Positions 37,819 to 51,107 of a DNA stretch of 64,000 nt are shown piece after piece (the stretch's first letter is position 1; each line of letters begins with the position of its first letter). Origin of the DNA: Octopus sinensis (Eukaryota); assembly GCF_006345805.1 (NCBI RefSeq), contig NC_043006.1:17732001-17796000 (forward strand), given 5' to 3'. Both the position numbers and the translations under genes were made by a program. The notes beneath the pieces are model-generated. The model had not been told where the DNA came from, ran no database searches, and was given only the letters and a program-made list of their open reading frames with translations.

Positions 37819-38504
37819 CAATTTAGCATTTAAACTGACTATATTCAGCCCAAATATTTTATTTGTTTCATGTTCAAACTCGCCAGACCTGGCCTCTAAA
37901 ACATAGCCTACAATGTCATTCTAAAAATATATATTCACATCATTGAAATCTCAAAGCTACAGGATAATGCATGGTTAATTCAAAACGAAGTAAATAATTG
38001 CTGTAAATCCTCGAATATAATCTGCATTATTCCCCCCAAATTTAAAGGTCAAAATCCCTAGTGCGTACTATATACACGGTTAAAAATGAAAGATATTTTC
38101 TAAGCAATGTCCGAGTCTCTATTTGCTGTCCGGCAATGTTTATTCAGATGCATTTTGTGATGTCGGGCGTGAAAATACCTTAAGCTAAGCCTGAAAGCAA
38201 TGAAGTCATAAAAGAATCATCCATAACTTGCAGTAAGCAACATTTATTGAAATAAAAGTATTCAGAATACAGAATAACATATAACAAAAATAATTTGCAA
38301 ACATTTACATTCCAATATAACATCACCATTATTGTATTACGCACAACTCAATTTAGAGAAGGAGTACGTATTAAACACAAGGTTTAGGTTTTTCAGAGGT
38401 ACAGCCCCCCTAGAAATCCCCTGCGTATTATACTCAAGGGTGGATTATACTTGAAGATTTATGGTAAGCATTACTTTCGACAGAATAATCTGAATTCTAA
38501 AGGG
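37819..38504. mobile_element. piggyBac-type MITE interrupted by a Tc2/pogo-like element (38001-38464)
   Basis: The host ends ...CTAAAGGG|TTAA. The insert has TIR-like ends CTGTAAATCCTCGAATATAATC and (reverse complement) CCATAAATCTTCAAGTATAATCC, followed by TA. Confidence 0.7.
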
Positions 38505-38968
38505 TTAATGTTAGCAAACCTGGCACAGCTAGTTATGTATCAGCATGTCTTATTGAGACTGGTGTCCAGAGATCTTGTATGTGAAGATCTTTACCACACT
38601 GGGTACATATGTTCCACAGTTGAATAGCAGAGTCAGTGCAGTTACTCTGAGTATCTGAAGACTTGCACTTCATTGGGAAAATTATTAGATTTTGTAAAAT
38701 ATTCCATATTCATGCTTCACTCCTTATATAATTTAAGTGTTCCTGAATATTATGCCATGGTTTAGAAACACACCAGAATATTTGGTGTATTGGCAGTGTT
38801 CCAGCTTTTCAGTCTAAGTTATAAAACCATATTGAGCAAATGCATTTTTTTTTCTTTTTTGTTTAATATTTGATTAAATTGCTTTCACTTATTTAATAAC
38901 GATATTTATCTAAAACATTATTAATGCTTGAAAGTGTATGTGTGTGTCTACACTCACACACAAAAATT

Positions 38969-39165
38969 ATACAATGGGGTGCTGAAAAGTTCCTGGCTTT
39001 AAGGGTGTCATAAAATGTCTGGTTGGAGGGCCAATCTTCCAAGTTCTTTCACAGGGTGTAGAAAAACTGAAGGACCACTGCAGTTGATGTGTGAATCTGA
39101 AAGGGGAATATGTTGAATAAAATCATAATTAACTGATCCTTCTGTATTTTCTTTTACCCAAAGCC
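38969..39165 (+). mobile_element. Internally deleted mariner-like relic
   Basis: TIR-like TACAATGGGGTGCTGAAAAGTTCCTGGC followed by transposase C-terminus-like coding remnant GVEKLKDHCS*CVNLKGEYVE*. Confidence 0.6.
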
Positions 39166-39330
39166 CCACCTCACAAGTGGTACAGTGGAAATAGCCGCTC
39201 TTACCTACCCATTGTGCATCCTCAAAGAACTCTTTTACATTTTTGTTCTTTTTTTAGTGTGAAGCACATGTTTTTAGATGTAAACTATACAATAACATAA
39301 TCTAATTGGATACTTACAATGACAAATACC

Positions 39331-39561
39331 TATTTCTTTATTACCCACAAGGGGCTAAACATAGAGGGGACAAACAAGGACAGACATAGGTATTAAGTCG
39401 ATTACATCGACCCCAGTGCGTAACTGGTACTTATTTAATCGACCCCGAAAGGATGAAAGGCATAGTTAACCTCGGCGGAATTTGAACTCAGAATGTAGCT
39501 GCAGACGAAATACGGCTAAGCATTTCACCCAGCGTGCTAACGGTTCTGCCAGCTCACCACC
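39331..39561 (-). mobile_element. Family B SINE with ~16-bp TSD
   Basis: TACAATGACAAAT(A/G)CC at 39315-39330 and 39568-39583. Confidence 0.9.
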
Positions 39562-40010
39562 TATGACTACAATGACAAATGCCAATTGAGTCCTGTGCTC
39601 ACTCAGCCACTTCCTTGTTGTATATCTGCTCAAGCAGAGCTGACTGGAACTAGAACTTTCAGACACAAATACCAAATTTATTTAAACAACTTTTCTGTTC
39701 AATGGGTGAGGAGTTTAGAGATTCCTGTTATCATATTTGTGTTTACTGAAAAGAAAACAATGACTGGTTTATTTTTCTCTATCTGATAGATAAAAATTCA
39801 TTGTAAAAATGTATTTTCTCTCTTTTATTCTTCTATTGCTTTTATTTCGTAGTCTGTGGCCATACTGCAGTAGTGCATTGTTTATTTTTAAGTTTATTTT
39901 TTTCTGAAATATTGAATAAAACTTGATAAGTTTATTTTGTAAAAGCAACAAACAAAAAGAAAAAAGACAACACAGGGGAATACGTTTTAACGACTACTGT
40001 ATAAGCTTAA

Positions 40011-40232
40011 CCCTTTTGTTACCATATTTCTGTTGAGATGCTCTCAGTTTCTTTCAATTAATTTTAAATATAACAAAGAATTTAGTAAAATAACTTGGTT
40101 ATCATTCAGCTAGTGTTAGGAACATAAATTGTGACTAAGGTTTGCGGGAAGATTGTAATTTAGAACTTTTGGAAACAAGACATTTCTACTACAAAACCAG
40201 AGGCGGTTTCAGGCGGATTGGTAACAAAAGGG
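40011..40232. mobile_element. 222-bp piggyBac-type MITE, TTAA TSD
   Basis: TTAA|CCCTTTTGTTACCA...TGGTAACAAAAGGG|TTAA. Relatives lie at 49783-50002, 53184-53405, ~16736-16978, ~46383 and ~60555-61170. Confidence 0.88.
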
Positions 40233-40381
40233 TTAATATTCAAAAGGTAGGGAAAGAGTCTTAACATTTCAGGCATTAGCCCTTCATCAGAAGAAAAACA
40301 TAGGAAGTGTAAGAAAGAGAGGTAAATAGCTGAAAAAGAAAGAAAAATATTCGGGTGAAGGATTAGAAGAGTGGGAATACA

Positions 40382-40613
40382 TATTTCTTTATTACCCACA
40401 AGGGGCTAAACATAGAGGGGACAAACAAGGACAGACATAGGTATTAAGTCGATTACATCGACCCCAGTGCGTAACTGGTACTTAATTTATCGACCCCGAA
40501 AGGATGAAAGGTAAAGTCGACCTCGGCGCAATTTGAACTCACAACGTAACGGCAGATGAAATACCGCCAAGCATTTCGCCCGATGTGCTAATGTTTCTGC
40601 CATCTCTCCGCCT
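40382..40613 (-). mobile_element. Family B SINE with 15-bp TSD
   Basis: AAGAGTGGGAATACA at 40367-40381 and 40614-40628. Confidence 0.93.
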
Positions 40614-41202
40614 AAGAGTGGGAATACAGTTCTATGAGTAATTTTATAGGTAAATTTATAGATTTATTGTAAGCATCAGCATCAAACCATAATTAATTTG
40701 GATGTTTCACAATTCCATTTCATTGCTGGTCTTTATAAACGTGCAAACCAAAACTTGTCTACTGATTATATTACAAAATTAATTTCATATTTCAGTGTTG
40801 TACTTGTATGGAAAGAGATTTGATCTGAAATCACATATTCAAAATCTAACAATTACATTGTAGTAGCCAGAGTAGCCATTTAAAGCACATTGTTCACTGA
40901 ATTGATATATTCACTTTGTTTCATTTTGTATTAATATTCTCTATTATAAAATATGAACATCGTTTGTTATTCATTTATGAGCTGGTCACTGATATTTTAT
41001 TTTACTCTATAAGAATCATCAATATGAAATTTTAATGTTGCAACATTTTCGTATGTTTTTCAAAGAGAAGTGATGTGCTAATTGCTTAAATTTGATATGT
41101 TCTTGCTTGTATTAACAAGAACGGATAGGTTTGTGAATTTATTCTCTTTTTAGCTGAAATAGTTCTAATTTTTATTTTATTATTTTTTTTTTTTTTTTCC
41201 AG

Positions 41203-41419
41203 TATGTTCGGCTGAGCAGTTTTGACAGTAAAGTAGAGCACATTTTGGAATTGTTACAAAAGTTTTGGGGGCTTGACTTGCCTAAACTGCTGATCACAGT
41301 GCATGGTGGAATATTAAACTTTGATCTCCAGCCCAAACTGAAACGAGTTTTCCGGAAGGGCCTCCTGAAAGCTGCCAAAACAACAGGTGCCTGGATAGTA
41401 ACAGGAGGAACCAATACTG
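41203..41419 (+). CDS. TRPM: TRPM channel coding exon (N-terminal MHR1/2 region), first exon visible in the window
   Basis: Polypyrimidine tract plus AG at 41201-41202 and GT donor at 41420. Translates [72 protein letters not shown]+G(phase 1). This matches the TRPM1/3/6/7 motif LPKLLISVHGG...KGLIKAA.TTGAWI.TGG.NTG. 217 bp. Confidence 0.96.
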
Positions 41420-42033
41420 GTATGTTTACTATTAACTGCTTTTTATTTCCTTCACAATTACGGTGTTAGCTGACAACTACGAAACTTATGAGACACAAAC
41501 TGTACACCCACAAATCAATGATGGGATATATTTTCTTCTATGGATTTGGCAGGAAAATATACCAATTTGAAACTTTGAATGGTTGGAATTTTTCCGTAAA
41601 TATGCAATATCCTGGCTCATAATCATTCAATATTGAATGTGCAAGTAAACTGCCCTTATACATTTAAAAATAAAACAAGAAAAACTCAAATGCAATTTTC
41701 CTGCCACCAATACATTACCAATAATCTTTGAAGCCACAATCAATCACAAAATAAACTCTTAAAATACTGCTAACATGTAGTAATCATATATATCATAATC
41801 AGCCACTATTCCGTGGTTGCATGGATTAAGCAGAATTCTTTGAGGCAGGTTTTTTAAACCTGCTTACCCTTCCTGTTGCTAGCCCTCACTTGCTTCCAAG
41901 CAGGGTAATATCTTCCATGATTAGGCATGTTTTCATAGAAGACTGAAAACATATCACTTGTATAAAGATGATACTCATTTCTAGCTGTCAAACATTGCCA
42001 AAACAAGGAGATGCACGTGCACACACATGCACA

Positions 42034-42065
<32 letters not shown>

Positions 42066-45000
42066 TATATGTACTCTTACTTGTTTCAGTTATTTGACTG
42101 TGGCCGTGCTGGAGCACTGCCTTTAGTCGACCAAATCGACCCCAGGACTTATTCTTTGTAAGCCTAGTACTTATTCTATTGAATAACAGTTATTAGTATG
42201 AGAATTGCTCACAAACTTCTGGCCCACAGATGTAGTATGTTATCTCTTCTCTCTGCCATCTGTATTACTTATACAGTGACCTTTGACTTTTGAAGGTAGC
42301 TGATCTCATGCTCTCTCTATTCAGGTACTCCCAACTTATTCATCTTTCTCCTTCTTGTCATGCATGTTGTCCCTACCATTTTCCAGGACTTCTCTAGACT
42401 AAACCATTTCAGGGAAGGTAGGGAGTCAATTATATCAACTCTGAAAAGATCAGAGGCAAAGTTAACCTCAGCAAAATTTGGACTCAGAATGTAAAGATGG
42501 ACAAAATGCTGCTAAGCCCTTTGGCTGGAATGCTAACAGTTCTGCCAGCACACCACCACTACTACCACCACAACAATAATAATGATTTTAATTTTTGGCA
42601 AACAGTCAGCAATTTTAGGGAAGGAAGTAAGTTGGTCATATAAACACCAGTACATGGCTGGTTCTTCATTTTTTTCTTTTTCAACACCAAAAGGATGAAA
42701 GTAAAAGTTAATAATAATAATGCCTCACTTTTGGTTATTGAAATCTGTTAGGAGGTTTTGGTTCCCATTAGTAGAAACCAAATAGTTCTCAGAGCTATTT
42801 GATTTCTAGTAAGAAACAGTTCTTATAAAGTTGACAATCTCTAGACTGAAGAACGATTGGGACTTCTCATCTTCCTTTTGTGTCAAGATAAAGAATAAAA
42901 TACTTGTAAGAAAATCTTATAAGGCATTATTATTCAACTTGGAGCATTTTGTTCTGATAATCTTTGTGATGTCATTGTGTTTAACACGGAGAATTATATG
43001 AAGCCATAAAAAAAATCATTGCCAAACAGAAAAGAAAAGAAAAATCATTCAATTCAAGATACGAGATTAGAAAAAAGAAACCAGACTATAAACCAATAAA
43101 GTTATATGTTGTGTCATTTTGTGAATGTATTTAATTCATTTTATTGCTTGTATTTATTCAGTTCGTTCTTTAAAAAAAAAAACTGTATGAGTATTCCAGT
43201 CCTTATGTAATCTCTTTGCTTGAATACTATACACACTATCATACCTTTTGTATGTTTGTGTGTGTATATCAACATTTAATATCCGTTGTTTACAATGCTG
43301 GCATGATATATATATATATATATATGTCTGTGTGTGTATATATATATACATACAGTCTTATATATCGTTCAATAAGTCTCGGCATCCTATTCCTCTAAAG
43401 ATTAAGTATTATTTATATATTCAAACTGAAATTTCTATTTTTATTTTTGGTAAACAATATCTGTTCCTTAACGCTCCAATAGTATTACTTTAAATTCTTG
43501 CTTATTGTTTAATTGTTTAAGCTCTGTTTTTCAATCACTTCTTGATAACTCAACTGACCTTTTATCCATAAAGGAAACACAACTCAAGAAGTATTTAAAA
43601 GAAAATTTCATTTATATGTATTACATAAGTAGGAAATGTTGCTTAGTCTTTATATATCTTTTTGGGGTTTTTTTTCTTTAGTGATTAAATTTTTATAGTT
43701 GATGGTGCTTTCCTTGTTTTATTATGTCTTTATTGTCAAAAAATGTATGTTCTTCTTAATAGTTAGTGGAATCTTAAAATCTCTTGTTTATTGCAAAATA
43801 GATCCTTTGTTTACATCAACCTTGCATTGTTTAATTCCACCCTGACTGCTTTTGTCAGTTATCGTTCTAATTAGCTTAGTATTTCTGCACGTTCATTAAA
43901 ACAAAGAAAATACCATGTACAACAAGTGCCAAATGCTGTGTTGTAATATAATAGAAGCTGAGCTAATGTAATATGTCTTTTGGAGTTTACTGTCACATCA
44001 GAGAAAGCATTGATCCAATATATTGTAATTTAATTTAATTAACATACTATCTTTTTTAAAAAGGTTTTTCTCCATTACTAATTATCTAATTTTGATGCTT
44101 TAATTTATTTTGGTTCTTAGTTACTTAATCCTTTCATCTGCTGCACCTACATTACATTTAGTTGTATCAGAAATTGTTTTCATTAGTAATTTTTTCTTTT
44201 TTTTTTTTGTTTGCTTAGTTTTTATTTTCCTTTTATCAATAGTTCTTTAGGTTACTGTTGTTTTTTTTATATTGATTTTTTTTTAACAAGGGTGGCTTTC
44301 AAACTCAGAGCAACATATGATACGGTTTCTTAATAAAAAGATAAAAAAGAGTAAATGTGTATTCATCAGACTCTCTGATGTAGGAAATAGTCAATTGTTT
44401 GATGTTTAATGATCAGGGATATCCACAATCGAGTGATCGTACACCTATTGATTTCAGAAGTAGTCGAGTTTAAGAATTGTGACGTTGATACGATTCCTAA
44501 GTATATTGGCAAGATAAGTTTTAGTGAAAGAGCTACTTGTGATAATCAAAAGCAAGTTATAAATTCAGCTTGATTGAAAGCACACCTCCTCCTTGACATC
44601 CCAGTAGTTTTTTTTTATGCAGCTGTTTAATCTATATGATGCTAGATTCTGTTGGTTATGTCTAAAAAGCATCTTTAAAGTAATGGGTTTATGTTATTTT
44701 ATTGTAACTATTTTTACGTCTTAATTCTTTCACTCACAGCAGTGCATCCTGTAAGAGGTATCAGTAAATCTGTTCTTTCTTTGTTTTGCTATATTTAGCA
44801 GGCGTAATCTACAATAACATTTACATATTGATCAGCATTAAGATTTTGCTTCTATCATATAATTTCATTATTGATTTTGTACTCTGTTCTACTCAAATTT
44901 TTCTTCATATAAAGATTGAGTAGAATTCTTATTTTAGAATTTCAGAAGTCAAAAGATTGATTCAAATATGCAGGAAAGTTACTTGATGGTGATTTTATCA

Positions 45001-45806
45001 GTTACCATCATAAGTTCTTTGAATAGACCAGAAATGCAACAGAAAATGCAATAGAAAATGTTACTAAAATAGATACTTTTAAAGATGTATGTTGTATTGG
45101 ATATTCTATAGTCGCTGTGTATTGTTACTTTAATTACTAACACTAGACTGGAGACCACAAAAGTCCCGTGTACATATATGTGCTTGCCATTTTGTATTAG
45201 AGATGGACGAAATGACTTCATTAGTTAACTTATGAAGTGTGTAATATGCATGTGATTGGTTATTGACACATTTGAAAGTGTGTATTACAGCAAATTTCAC
45301 ACTTAAGAAGTTACTATAATCAACTCTCATCAATACGAATCTGCCTTCTCGTGTTAAAAGATAAATCTGCTGAGGCCTTTCTGAAAATCATTATCCAATT
45401 TGAAAGATATCGTAAGACTTATGAAGCCAGATGTGAATGATAAATTGGATTTATTTCTATTAAGTCCAAGAGATAAGGCAGCCATTTACTTGCAGTAGAA
45501 ATATACTCAATGAACGGATAAAACTAAATTCATTGAATCAGCTGCCTGAACATCCTATTAATGATTTTGTCATTTCTCTCAGAAAATATGAAAATATTGT
45601 AAATTTATGTAAAAGGGGCTTTTAGAAATGCTTTTTGCCAAGGACTAAGCAAGGCAACCAATTAAAAGGCAGTTTGCCATATATTTGTCTTGTCTCATCA
45701 AACAGGAGAAACCTTCACATTGCTGGATGCTGTTTCTCCAATCCTGGTGGAAGAGTTCACTATTGGTATTATGGACAGCATTGCTATGAACATTGCTATT
45801 ATCTAT

Positions 45807-46037
45807 AGGCGGCGAGCTGGCAGAAATGTTAGCGCACCGGGCGAAATGCTTAGCAGTATTTCGTCTGCCATTACGTTCTGAGTTCAAATTCTGCCGAGGT
45901 CGACTTTGCCTTTCATCCTTTCGGGGTCGATAAATAAAGTACCAGTTTTGCACTGGGGTCGATATGATCGACTTAATCCCTTTGTCTGTCCTTGTTTGTC
46001 CCCTCTATATTTAGCCCCTTGTGGGCAATAAAGAAAT
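45807..46037 (+). mobile_element. Family B SINE, intronic
   Basis: Full-length copy with ATTATCT on both flanks. Confidence 0.9.
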
Positions 46038-46676
46038 ATATTATCTTGTTGTTGTGGGGGGAATAAATTTTAAGTTAGGCATAAAACTTGTTTTTAAGGT
46101 GCCATGTAAAAAGCACTGGTGATGGTGCCAAGTAAAAAGCATTTGTGACGGTGCCACATTAAAAATCACGCAGTACATTCTGTAAAGTGGTTGACATTAA
46201 GAAGAGCATCCATCTGTAGAAACCATGCCAAAACAAATTATGGAACCTGGTGTAGCCCCTGGCTTTACCAGCTCCTCTCTAGCAATCCAACCCATGCAGA
46301 CATGGAAAACAGATATTAAATGATGATGAACATATCCACAGACTATGTTCTGATGTAGATAATCAATGAACAATACCTCAGTTAACCTTTTTGATACCAA
46401 CCTGCCTGAAACTACATTTGATTCTTTAATACAAACATCTTGTTTTAAAGTGGACTAAATTAAAACCTTCCATCAAAATTTCATGTGCATTTCAACAGAA
46501 ATGTGGTAACAAAAATGCTAAAAGGTGACAGGAGATTTTGCAAAGTGTTATTGAAAATCAGTATCATCTACCTGTCAAACACTCGAGTGGAAATTTCTTT
46601 CTGGCACCATAAATGAGCACAATCAGTCATGAAAAAAAAAAAGAAAAGAAAAAATGGGGTTGGTATTAAATTATGT

Positions 46677-46990
46677 GGAGGCACAATGGCCCAGTGGTTA
46701 GGGCAGTGGACTTGCGGTCAGCGGATTGCGGTTTCGGTTCCCAGACTGGGCGTTGTGTGTGTTTATTGAGCGAAAACACCTAAAGTTCCATGAGGCTCCA
46801 GCAGGGGGTAGTGGTGACCCTTGTTGTACTCTTTCAGCCCAACTTTCTCTCACTTGATCTTCCTGTTTCTAGAGTAACACTGCGATGGACTGGCTTCCCG
46901 TCCAGCTGAGGGGAACACATACGCCATGGAAACTGGGCCCATAAGCCTGGTTAGGCTTGAAAAGGGCGCATAAATAAATAAAAAAAAAAA
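46677..46990 (+). mobile_element. tRNA-derived SINE (family C), tail type 2
   Basis: Same head and body as 5250. Its tail is CTGCGATGGACTGGC...AAGGGCGCATAAATAAAT(A)n. Confidence 0.85.
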
Positions 46991-48054
46991 AAATTTATGT
47001 CAAAAGCTGAGGACTCTTTTCCATGCTTGCTTGGGCCAGATTGAATTTGTTGACACAGATATTAGATATTTCTACAGTTGGATGCTCTTCCTGTCACTAA
47101 CTCTTACCTGTTTTCAGACATGCTTTTACAGAAGTGAACGACATTACTTGTATGATGGTGACACTCATTTACAACTACCACACAATGTCAAAACAAAGAG
47201 ACACAAACACACACACACACACACACACACATACATTTATATATGTCAGGCTTCTTCTCAGTTTCCATCTACTGAATCCAAAATCATGTGGTTGACAAGC
47301 AAACTTTTTAACCACTCAGCCAACAGATGGAAACATTGAAGTAAAATAAAATCACTATTAGGTACTTCCTTTGATTAGATCGTTTACTTCTTGCCTCATG
47401 GATTTACAGTCATCCACCAAACAGCTTTGAATATTGTAGTATAATGTTTTTGTGTCTAAGATTGAATTAGTGAATGATATAACAAGTAAAATATTGAGGT
47501 GAACAGAATTTGATAACACTGGACGGGTTTCAGGGCCATTAAACTTAAATGCAATTAAAGACTGCTCAGACATACAATTTGGTTCATATAACATTCAGAT
47601 ATTGACTATGTATATAATAGTAACTGCTGTTTGTATAACTTTCCTGTGTCAAATATCAGCTTTGCATATTATTGTAATTCAGGAATTTATTAAGCTATAC
47701 TGACACCATCACAACACGGGCTTTGAATGATTCACCGGTTCAATGACTAGATATTATGTTTAGCAGTATTAGTATTGATAAAATTGTCAATGCTTCCGCC
47801 GTCAGTGATTGATTTTTCATCATTATTGTTGTTGCTTTTAATGCCCATATTTTCGTGCCAGCAAGAGTTAGACAGAATTTATTGACATAGATTTTCTATG
47901 TCAATATGGCCCTTCATGTCACCAACCTTCACCTGTTTTTAAGCAAAGTAATATTTCCCTGTGACCAGACCTGTTTTCATGGAAAATAGGAAACAAGTGG
48001 CATTGTCTCTACGATGGTGACATTTGGTTACTACAATTATGTGATATAAAGATG

Positions 48055-48460
48055 AGGCGCAGGAGTGGCTATGTGGTAAGTAGCTTGCTAACCAACCACA
48101 TGGTTCCGATTTCAGTCCCACTGCGTGGCATCTTGGGCAAGTGTCTTCTGCTATAGCCCCGGGCCGACCAATGCCTTGTGAGTAGATTTGGTAGACGGAA
48201 ACTGAAAGAAGCCTGTCGTATATACGTATATATATATATGTATGTGTGTGTATGTGTTTGTCCCCCTAGCATTGCTTGACAACTGATGCTGGCGTGTTTA
48301 CATCCCCGTCACTTAGCGGTTCGGCAAAAGAGACCAATAGAATAAGTACTGGGCTTACAAAGAATAAATCCCGGGGTCGATTTGCTCGACTAAAGGCGGT
48401 GCTCCAGCATGGCCGCAGTCAACTGACTGAAACAAGTAAAAGAGAGAGAGAGTAAAGAGA
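48055..48460 (+). mobile_element. CORE-type SINE (family A), intronic
   Basis: Full-length, low-divergence copy. Confidence 0.92.
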
Positions 48461-49651
48461 GGAGGCACAGTCATTCACACACGTATTTACATATATATGT
48501 AAATATATATTTCAGTATATTTCGGCAGAAATATTGGCACAAAAGGGTCAATGCAGACATCTTTTAGTAATATATGCTGCATCCTCATAAATGTCAGTCT
48601 GCAATAAATTTGAATATTCCATGAAACATGAAGCTTCTTTCAGTTTCCATCTACCAAATCCAGTCACAAGGCTTTAGTCAGTTCTGGGCTATAGTAGAAT
48701 ACACTTGCCCAATATTCCACACAGTGGGATTGATCCCATAAGTCCCACTGCATGGCATATTCTGCAATCACTGGGACTTTCAGATTCAGCCTTACTGCAT
48801 TGAAAATTCTTTAGAATATCAAACAGTGCATGAGACAACAAAGGTAGTTCTATTTAAAGCTGAAAAATCTTTACAAATTGGTTTATCATCTGCTTTATAA
48901 TTTCATCCTGCAGGGTTTTCATCTGATTTGCACACTTTAGAAAAATATTGCTTTTTTATTTTCACATCTGAGAAAAATACCATCTTTTGTTGAACATTTC
49001 CCCATGAAAAATAAGTAATTCCTCCTAATTCAGGCATAAGGCCAGCAATTTTGAGAGGAGGGGGCACTTAGTTTATACCATCAATCTTTGTACTAGATGG
49101 GTACGTTATTTCCTTGACCCCCAGAGGGATGAAAGGCAAAGCTAACCCCTCTAGAATTTGAACTCAGAAGATAAAGTGCTAAAAGAAATAACACAAGACA
49201 TTTTCCCCATTGCTTTATCCCTTTAGCATTTAGGTTTCTCTATCAAATGTTTTGAATTAATCTTGCATTATCTTGTAACTTCAAGATTTCAAGGATGTGA
49301 TTATTTAGTTTCTGGATGACATTGTAGTGTAGGTGTGAGAGGTCAGAACCAATCAGCTTGAATGTAAAACAGATAGAATATTTGGGCCAAGTATAGCCAG
49401 TTTAAATGCTAAAGGGTTAAGGATTTTGCTATCTTACCACCTTATGAATAAATAATGATGATAACAATAAGGACTTTTTGGAGCGCAGATGCTAAAATAA
49501 TTTCTTGTTCAGTATCTTTCCTAAGTCAATTCATTTTTAAATAGTTTGAACCAATATCATTCTAGAAATGAAAGAATCCATTATAGAAATTATTGTATAC
49601 CATTTGGATGACAACTGTCTTGAAATTAAATTTTTTAACCAGGCATTTTAA

Positions 49652-50082
49652 CCCTTTTGATATCAACTCGCCTGAAAGTGTTCTTGGTTGTATGATACGA
49701 AATCCCTATTTGAAAGTGATCTAGATTAAAACTTTCAATCAAAATTTTATGTTATATATTTCAAATACTAAAGTTATCTTAACCCTTTTGTTACTGTATT
49801 TATTTTGAGATGCTCTGTGTTTCTTCCAATTATTTTAAATATAACAAAGAATTTAGTAAAATAACTTAGTTATCATTCAGCTAGTGTTAGGAACATAAAT
49901 TGTGACTAAGGTTTCGCGGAAGGTTTTAATTCAAAACTTATGAAAACAAGACATTTGTACTCAGAGCCAGAGCCGGGTTCAGCCGGGTTGGTAATGAAAA
50001 GGTTAATAAATTCTTGATTATTTTCAAAACTTCTTGAAATAAAGGCAGTGTTTTTTCAATAGAGATATGGTAAGAAAGGCAT
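49652..50082. mobile_element. Nested piggyBac-type MITEs: young copy 49783-50002 inside an older, oppositely oriented copy
   Basis: The inner copy is flanked by TTAA at 49779-49782 and 50003-50006. The outer halves rejoin into the family sequence. Confidence 0.75.
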
Positions 50083-51107
50083 TAAGATTTCAAAAATTTA
50101 TTTTAAGAATTCAGTTAGTTTTTCAATTTTAATGTTTTACAAAAATCCTGTTTTACACAGTTTAGTACTAACCTTCCAGTGAATGCCCTTCTACAATACA
50201 AACTTTGTGTTTTGAAGTGAGCCCTCCATTGAAATTTCATGTGAATTTATGTTCTAAGTACTACTTAATAATGACAAAATTATTTTACTAAATTCTTCTT
50301 GGTTTTCAAAATTAATTGAAATAAAGGCAGTATATTTCAGCAGCACTATTGGAACAAAAGGGTCAATGCAGACATCTTTTAGTAATATATGCTGCATCCT
50401 CATAAATGTCAGTCTGCAATAAATTTAAATACTCCATGAAACATGAGGCTTATGAGGATGTGTAGTCTGTTGCAGTTAAAAATAAACTCTACTATAAAAG
50501 GTAGCAATAAGAGATTTGTATCTCAGAGAATTTATTCAACTACTAACATGACAGCTTAGTATCCATCTTAAGTAAGTGAGAGCACTATCTCTTCACATGT
50601 GTCTATTATTAGAAGAATGTAGAATCACAACAGCATGTGTGCATTTAAGTTTTGATCTATTTTTATGTAATTATGTTTGACTATTTAAGTAATGTTTCTT
50701 GTTTAAACCAGTTAAAAATGAGATAAAATATTGTAAAGTACTTTAAACTAAGAATTGAAAAGTAGTCAACAGGATCAACTTATAGAATCTTGAGCAAATA
50801 CATACCTCTTGTGCATGGTTTCTTTTACTATTTTTCCTTATTCTAGATCTATCCTATATTTTATCATGTGCTTCAGTTTTTAAATCATTTAAATAGTGCT
50901 CTTATGGCACAAAACTTTGATGATTTTTGACACCAATAACCAATGAGGGATAAGCATGTCTCCGTCTTATGTGGACACCTTTAAAAGAAAGCACTACATT
51001 GTAGCCTATTATAGAACTTATATCTTGTTATTATTGTTATTAATTATTATGATTATTATGATTATTATTATTATTATGGTTTTAATGAAATATTGGTTTA
51101 ATTACAG

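Noticed and set aside
1-41202. Upstream TRPM exons (expected CCCG and TDA(F/Y)G.I.F motifs)
   Set aside because: I could not find these motifs by eye. They may lie outside the window or be too diverged, so the intronic status of this region is unproven.
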